From contig NC_058133.1 in NCBI RefSeq assembly GCF_016433145.1, positions 226,703,631 to 226,767,630 of the forward strand: a stretch of 64,000 nucleotides of DNA. Direction: 5' to 3'. The position numbers were made by a program, and so were the translations under genes. Origin of the DNA: Gracilinanus agilis (Eukaryota). Every line of letters starts with the position of its first letter. Position 1 is the first letter of the stretch. Positions 59,792-64,000 of this stretch are shown here, piece by piece. The notes beneath the pieces are model-generated. The model saw only the letters and a program-made list of their open reading frames with translations, was not told where the DNA came from and ran no database searches.

Positions 59792-60481
59792 TGTAAAAAG
59801 GGGAAAATGGGAAGATTATGGTTGGACTGGATATTTAAAGTTTGGTCACCAGGGTTTGATTACTGGATTCCAAAATAAAGAGACCCAAGTCAGGATGACT
59901 TTTATGGTGGTTTATTTACAATTAGGAAGGTTGAAGGTAGGGAAAATGAGAGAGAGAAACTCTGGCCTGGACCACAGGCCCGAACCAGGGAGGCTTCAGA
60001 GGCCCCAGCAGAGGGGGCATAGAGGTTAATTAAAATAAGGCTTCTAGCCACAAGGCCTCCTCTAAGAAGAGAGGCCTCCTTGAAGCTAGAGCCTCCAGAA
60101 ACGCCAAGGGAAGAGAAAGAGAGTCAGCCTAACTTACCCACATAACAATTCAAAGGGAAGCAGTCTAAGGTCACCAGAAATCCTTCCACACCAAGTGCAA
60201 AGCACCAAAATCCCTTCACAGAAAGTTACCATCATATTTAAAAGATAGCAGTTTTCATCACTTCCTGCGTCCACCTCCAGTTTCATGTAGACAAATGGTA
60301 GCCTCAACCCTGTTTTGCACTGCCCACAGGGGCAGTCCCTTGTTTTTGATTTGTCACTTACTATCACATGTGGGTCACAGACCTCCCCCTCCCCACTTAA
60401 TTCTAAGTTGGGTGGGGTGACATCATTCCTGGTGGCTAAAGTCTAAAGAATGAATGAGGGTGAGCTAATTCCATTTACACA
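59792..60481 (-). mobile_element. Solo LTR (690 bp, TG...CA, 4-bp TSD GCAG)
   Basis: GCAG at 59788-59791 and 60482-60485; short terminal IR (TGTAAA..TTTACA); on the minus strand a TATA-like TTTAAATA (about 60235-60242), donor GTAAGT 60132-60137 and AATAAA 59911-59916. Confidence 0.7.
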
Positions 60482-61339
60482 GCAGCATGGGCCAGCAAGA
60501 CAAACAATGCCCACCTTTACCACCATCTCCTCTCAAAACTCAATGCAGACAGTGCAGGACTCTAAACCCCAAAATAGCAATGCTTCCAGCCCAGTGACCT
60601 TTGACTATTTTTCTAGAGAAGCTATTAGGTGGAACAGTGGGGTCTAGAAAACTTGAGTTCAAGTGTGGCCTCAGATACTTCATAGCTATGTGATTCAAAG
60701 CAAGTCACTTAACTTCAGTGTCCTCAACTGGAAAATGGGAAAAATGTATCAGATAAATGTAATGCAAAGATTTTTTTTCCTCAGTCAAATTTATCAAATT
60801 TAATTGAAATGATTATTTATATGCAAAATTTTAATTTATGTGATCAAAATTGTCAATTTTATCTCCTAATCCTCTCTTATCCCTTGTAAAGGGCTCTTCC
60901 CTGTCCAAAGCATGGGAAAAGTATCTTTTTTCATTTCTCTAGTCTGTTTATACTATGAACTTTTTTAAATTTTTTTTTTATACTATGAACTTTTATATCT
61001 AGGTTATTCATTCTTTTGAAGTTTTATATAGCCTATGATATGAGATATTTATCTAAACAAAAGGTCTGGGAGAGTGTCTGAACATGGATGGGAAAAAAAT
61101 TACATCTTTATTTTCAGTCATCTCTAATTAAAATTTAGCAATTCATTCAATTGTGATTAAAAAGAAAATCATTAATTATTGTGAGTTCATAAGCTTCACT
61201 AAATTGTCAAGGGGGTACATGATGGACAAAAAAAAGGATCTCTGATGTAAAGATAATTTCTGCTAGAGTGTTTTCTAATTTTTCAAGGATTTATTTACAT
61301 CAGTGGCTGGAGGTCTTAGGGTTTGCTGAACATTATGCT

Positions 61340-61890
61340 AATATATTTATTTGCTTCTACCTGATCTGTTATATCAACTTTTCTAATTTTTAGCCAATAC
61401 CTAAGTATTTTGAATGTTTATTGCTTTGTAACATGGTTTGTGGTCTTGTATTGCTCAGCACGCTTCCTTCCTGATTTCTTTTTTCCATTATTTCCTTTGA
61501 AATTCTTGTTTCTCCAGATGAATTATCATAACTTCGTCTAATTCTATAAAGTAATCCATTAATAGTTTCATGAGTTTGGTACCAAACCTGCAAATTAAGG
61601 TAGCGGGGGGGGGGGGGGGTATGGCTAAAGTATGAGTAATAAATTTGTCTCTGTTATTTATCTTCCTTTATTTCTATAAAGAATACTTTGCAGTTTTTTC
61701 AAAGAATTCCTGTGTTATGTCTTGGCAAATGAATTGCCAAATATTTTATACTGTCTGTACTATTTTAGAGCGGAATTTCTTTTTCTGTCATACTTTGTTA
61801 GTAATGAACAGAAAAGTTGATGATTTCTGAGTTTATTTTATATATTGTTTTGTTTCTATTAATATTTTAGTTGACTCTTTAGAATTTCCT
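61340..61890 (-). mobile_element. L1 ORF2 fragment
   Basis: Minus ORF ...RISKEIMEKRNQEG... resembles ORF2p RIAKSILSQKNKAGG. Confidence 0.7.
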
Positions 61891-62528
61891 AAGTCATCAC
61901 ATCAGGGCAACTAGGTAGAGTGCCAGGCCTGAAGTTAGGGAAGTATCTTTGCCAAGAAAACCTCCAAGAGTCATGAAGAGTCAGACATGAATGAATAAAA
62001 TAATTTTTTATATTGTCATTAACAAGTATTTATTAAACGTTTAGTCTGTGCCTAGAAATAGGAGTCAGCCAATGAAAATACATAGATAGGAGATTTATCT
62101 CATGAGAGAACAGAAAGGAGACTAATGTCACAGAAATGAAGAGTACATGGAAATTAGTAAGATGTAAGAAGGCCGGAAAGGGAAGAAGGAGATAGGTTAT
62201 GAAGGACTGCAAATGCCAGAAGATTTTCAATTTGATCCTGAAGGTGATATTGGATTTTATTGAATAGAAGGGTATTTGGGGAAACAAGGAGGGTGAAATG
62301 ATTAGACCTACCCTTCAGAATAATCAATGAGTTTTGGGGTTATCTCTTGGCAATCCAACACAGGTTTCAATGGTGAAGCTTTTTCTCCTCCCTCTCCCTA
62401 CACAAAGCTCAACTGATAATTGGCTCTAGCTATCTAGATAACAATCTATAGGTATGGCCCTGACAACTACATTAGATGTCCATAGATTTCCTTGCTACCG
62501 CAAAACAAATAGAAATCAGGATTATTTT

Positions 62529-62710
62529 TTTTTTAAAGCCCTTAACTTCTGTGTATTGGCTCATAGGTGGAAGAATGGTAAGGGTGGGCAATGGGGGTCA
62601 AGTGACTTGCCCAGGGTCACACAGCTGGAAAGTGTCTGAGGCCAGATTTGAACCTAGGACCTCCTATCTCTAGGCCTGACTCTCAATCCACTGAGCTACC
62701 CAGCTGCCCC
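62529..62710 (-). mobile_element. Young full-length SINE with 12-bp TSD
   Basis: TSD CAGGATTATTTT at 62517-62528 and 62711-62722. Confidence 0.92.
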
Positions 62711-62724
62711 CAGGATTATTTTAA

Positions 62725-64000
62725 TTCAGGCAGGACATTGGAATAAATGGAGCATTCCTCAAAATGATAAATAGCATCAGTCTAAAGCCATTAGCAAGAA
62801 TTATGTCCAATGGGGATAAATTAGAAGTCTTCCAAATAAGAACAGAGTAAAGAGCAAGAATTATTGTATTAGAAATGCTAGCTATATAGCAGTAAGAGAA
62901 GAACCTGAAGAAATTAGAATATTCAATGAAGAAAACAGTTATCATACTTTGTAGATATGATGCTATACTTAGAGAATTCTAGAGAATCAACCAAAAAACT
63001 AATTGAATCAATTAACAACTTTAGCAAAGTTGCAGGATGTAAAACAAACCCACATAAATTATCAGCATTTCTCTATATTTCCAATAAAGAGAAATCCTAT
63101 TTAAAATAACTGTAGAACAGACTGAATTGCTTGCCAGCTCTGGGAAGAGGAGGGAAGAAGGCAGGGAGATAATTTGGATCATATAATTTCAGAAAACTTA
63201 TGTGGAAATTTGTTATTAAAAGAAAAAACAATAATAATAAACAAATTTAAAAAGTAAAGTAAAATAATCGTAGACAATATAAAATACCTGGGAGTCTACC
63301 TGCCAAGACAAACCCAGGACCCACATGATCACAACTACAAAATATTTTTCACAGAAATAAAATCAGATCTAAACAATAGGAAAAACACTAATTGCTTGTG
63401 GGTAGGCTAAGTCAATGATAAAAATGACAATTCTACCAAAATTAATGTACTTCTTTGGTGCCATACCAATCAAACTACTCAAAAATTATTTCATAGAGCT
63501 AGAAAAATAATTTTAAAATTTATCTGGAAGAAAAAAAGGCCAAGGATATCAAGGGAATTAATTTTTCAAAAATCTGCAGGAACTGTCAGATCTATGGGAA
63601 AGGAAAGATTTTAAGTCCAAGCAAGAGTTAGGAAATATTACAAAATGTAAAATATAATCTTGATTACATTAAATTTAAAGTTTTGTACAAACAAAACCAA
63701 TGCAATCAAAATGAGAAGGTAAGCAACAAATTGGGAAAAAATCATTTTAATAAAAACCTCCAACAAAGGTCAAATTTATTTTACTTTTATTATATTAAAT
63801 TTAAAAGGATTTGCATAAACAAAATTAATATAACCAAGAGTAGAAAGGAAACAGAAAACTGGGGGGGAAATTTTTATAGCAAGTATAGCAAGGACAAAGG
63901 CCTCATTTCTCAAATATACAGATGACTAAGTCAAATTTATAAAACTACAATGCGTTCTCCAATTGACAAATGATCAAAGGATATGAACAGGTAGTTCTCA
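62725..64000 (+). mobile_element. Degraded L1 ORF2 (RT domain onward), running off the window
   Basis: LSYFVDMMLYLENSRESTKKLIESINNFSKVAGCKTNPHKLSAFLYISNK near 62938-63088 (RT FADD motif mutated); short L1 tail inserted near 63115-63260. Confidence 0.85.

Noticed and set aside
60134-60367. Minus ORF containing SDENC, superficially like ANAPC11 NDENCGIC
   Set aside because: Surrounding residues do not match ANAPC11 and the ORF lies within a solo LTR

Overview
Eukaryotic genomic DNA from a marsupial, most likely a didelphid such as Monodelphis domestica. This is inferred from abundant opossum-type tRNA/CORE SINEs, MAR1 elements and marsupial-type L1. The window is the block syntenic to human 17q25.3: MAFG(+), SIRT7(+), PCYT2(+), NPB(-) and the last coding exon of ANAPC11(-). 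I rebuilt the exon structures by hand from splice signals and reading frame: MAFG 162 aa, SIRT7 404 aa from 10 exons, PCYT2 409 aa with or 391 aa without the 54-nt cassette exon, and prepro-NPB 122 aa. Noteworthy gene-level signals are a GC-AG intron in SIRT7, a U12-type intron and a NAGNAG acceptor in PCYT2, several MARE/ARE sites in MAFG intron 1, and only about 150 bp between the MAFG poly(A) signal and the SIRT7 ATG. The region 35-64 kb is largely transposon-derived. It includes a 184-bp near-fully palindromic composite hAT MITE with a perfect 8-bp TSD, a 7SL-derived SINE-like element, two solo LTRs with 4-bp TSDs, and nested SINE/L1/L2 fragments. There is one 179-N assembly gap. No rRNA, true tRNA or CRISPR array was seen. 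Comparisons with human proteins and repeat-family names are from memory and need database confirmation.
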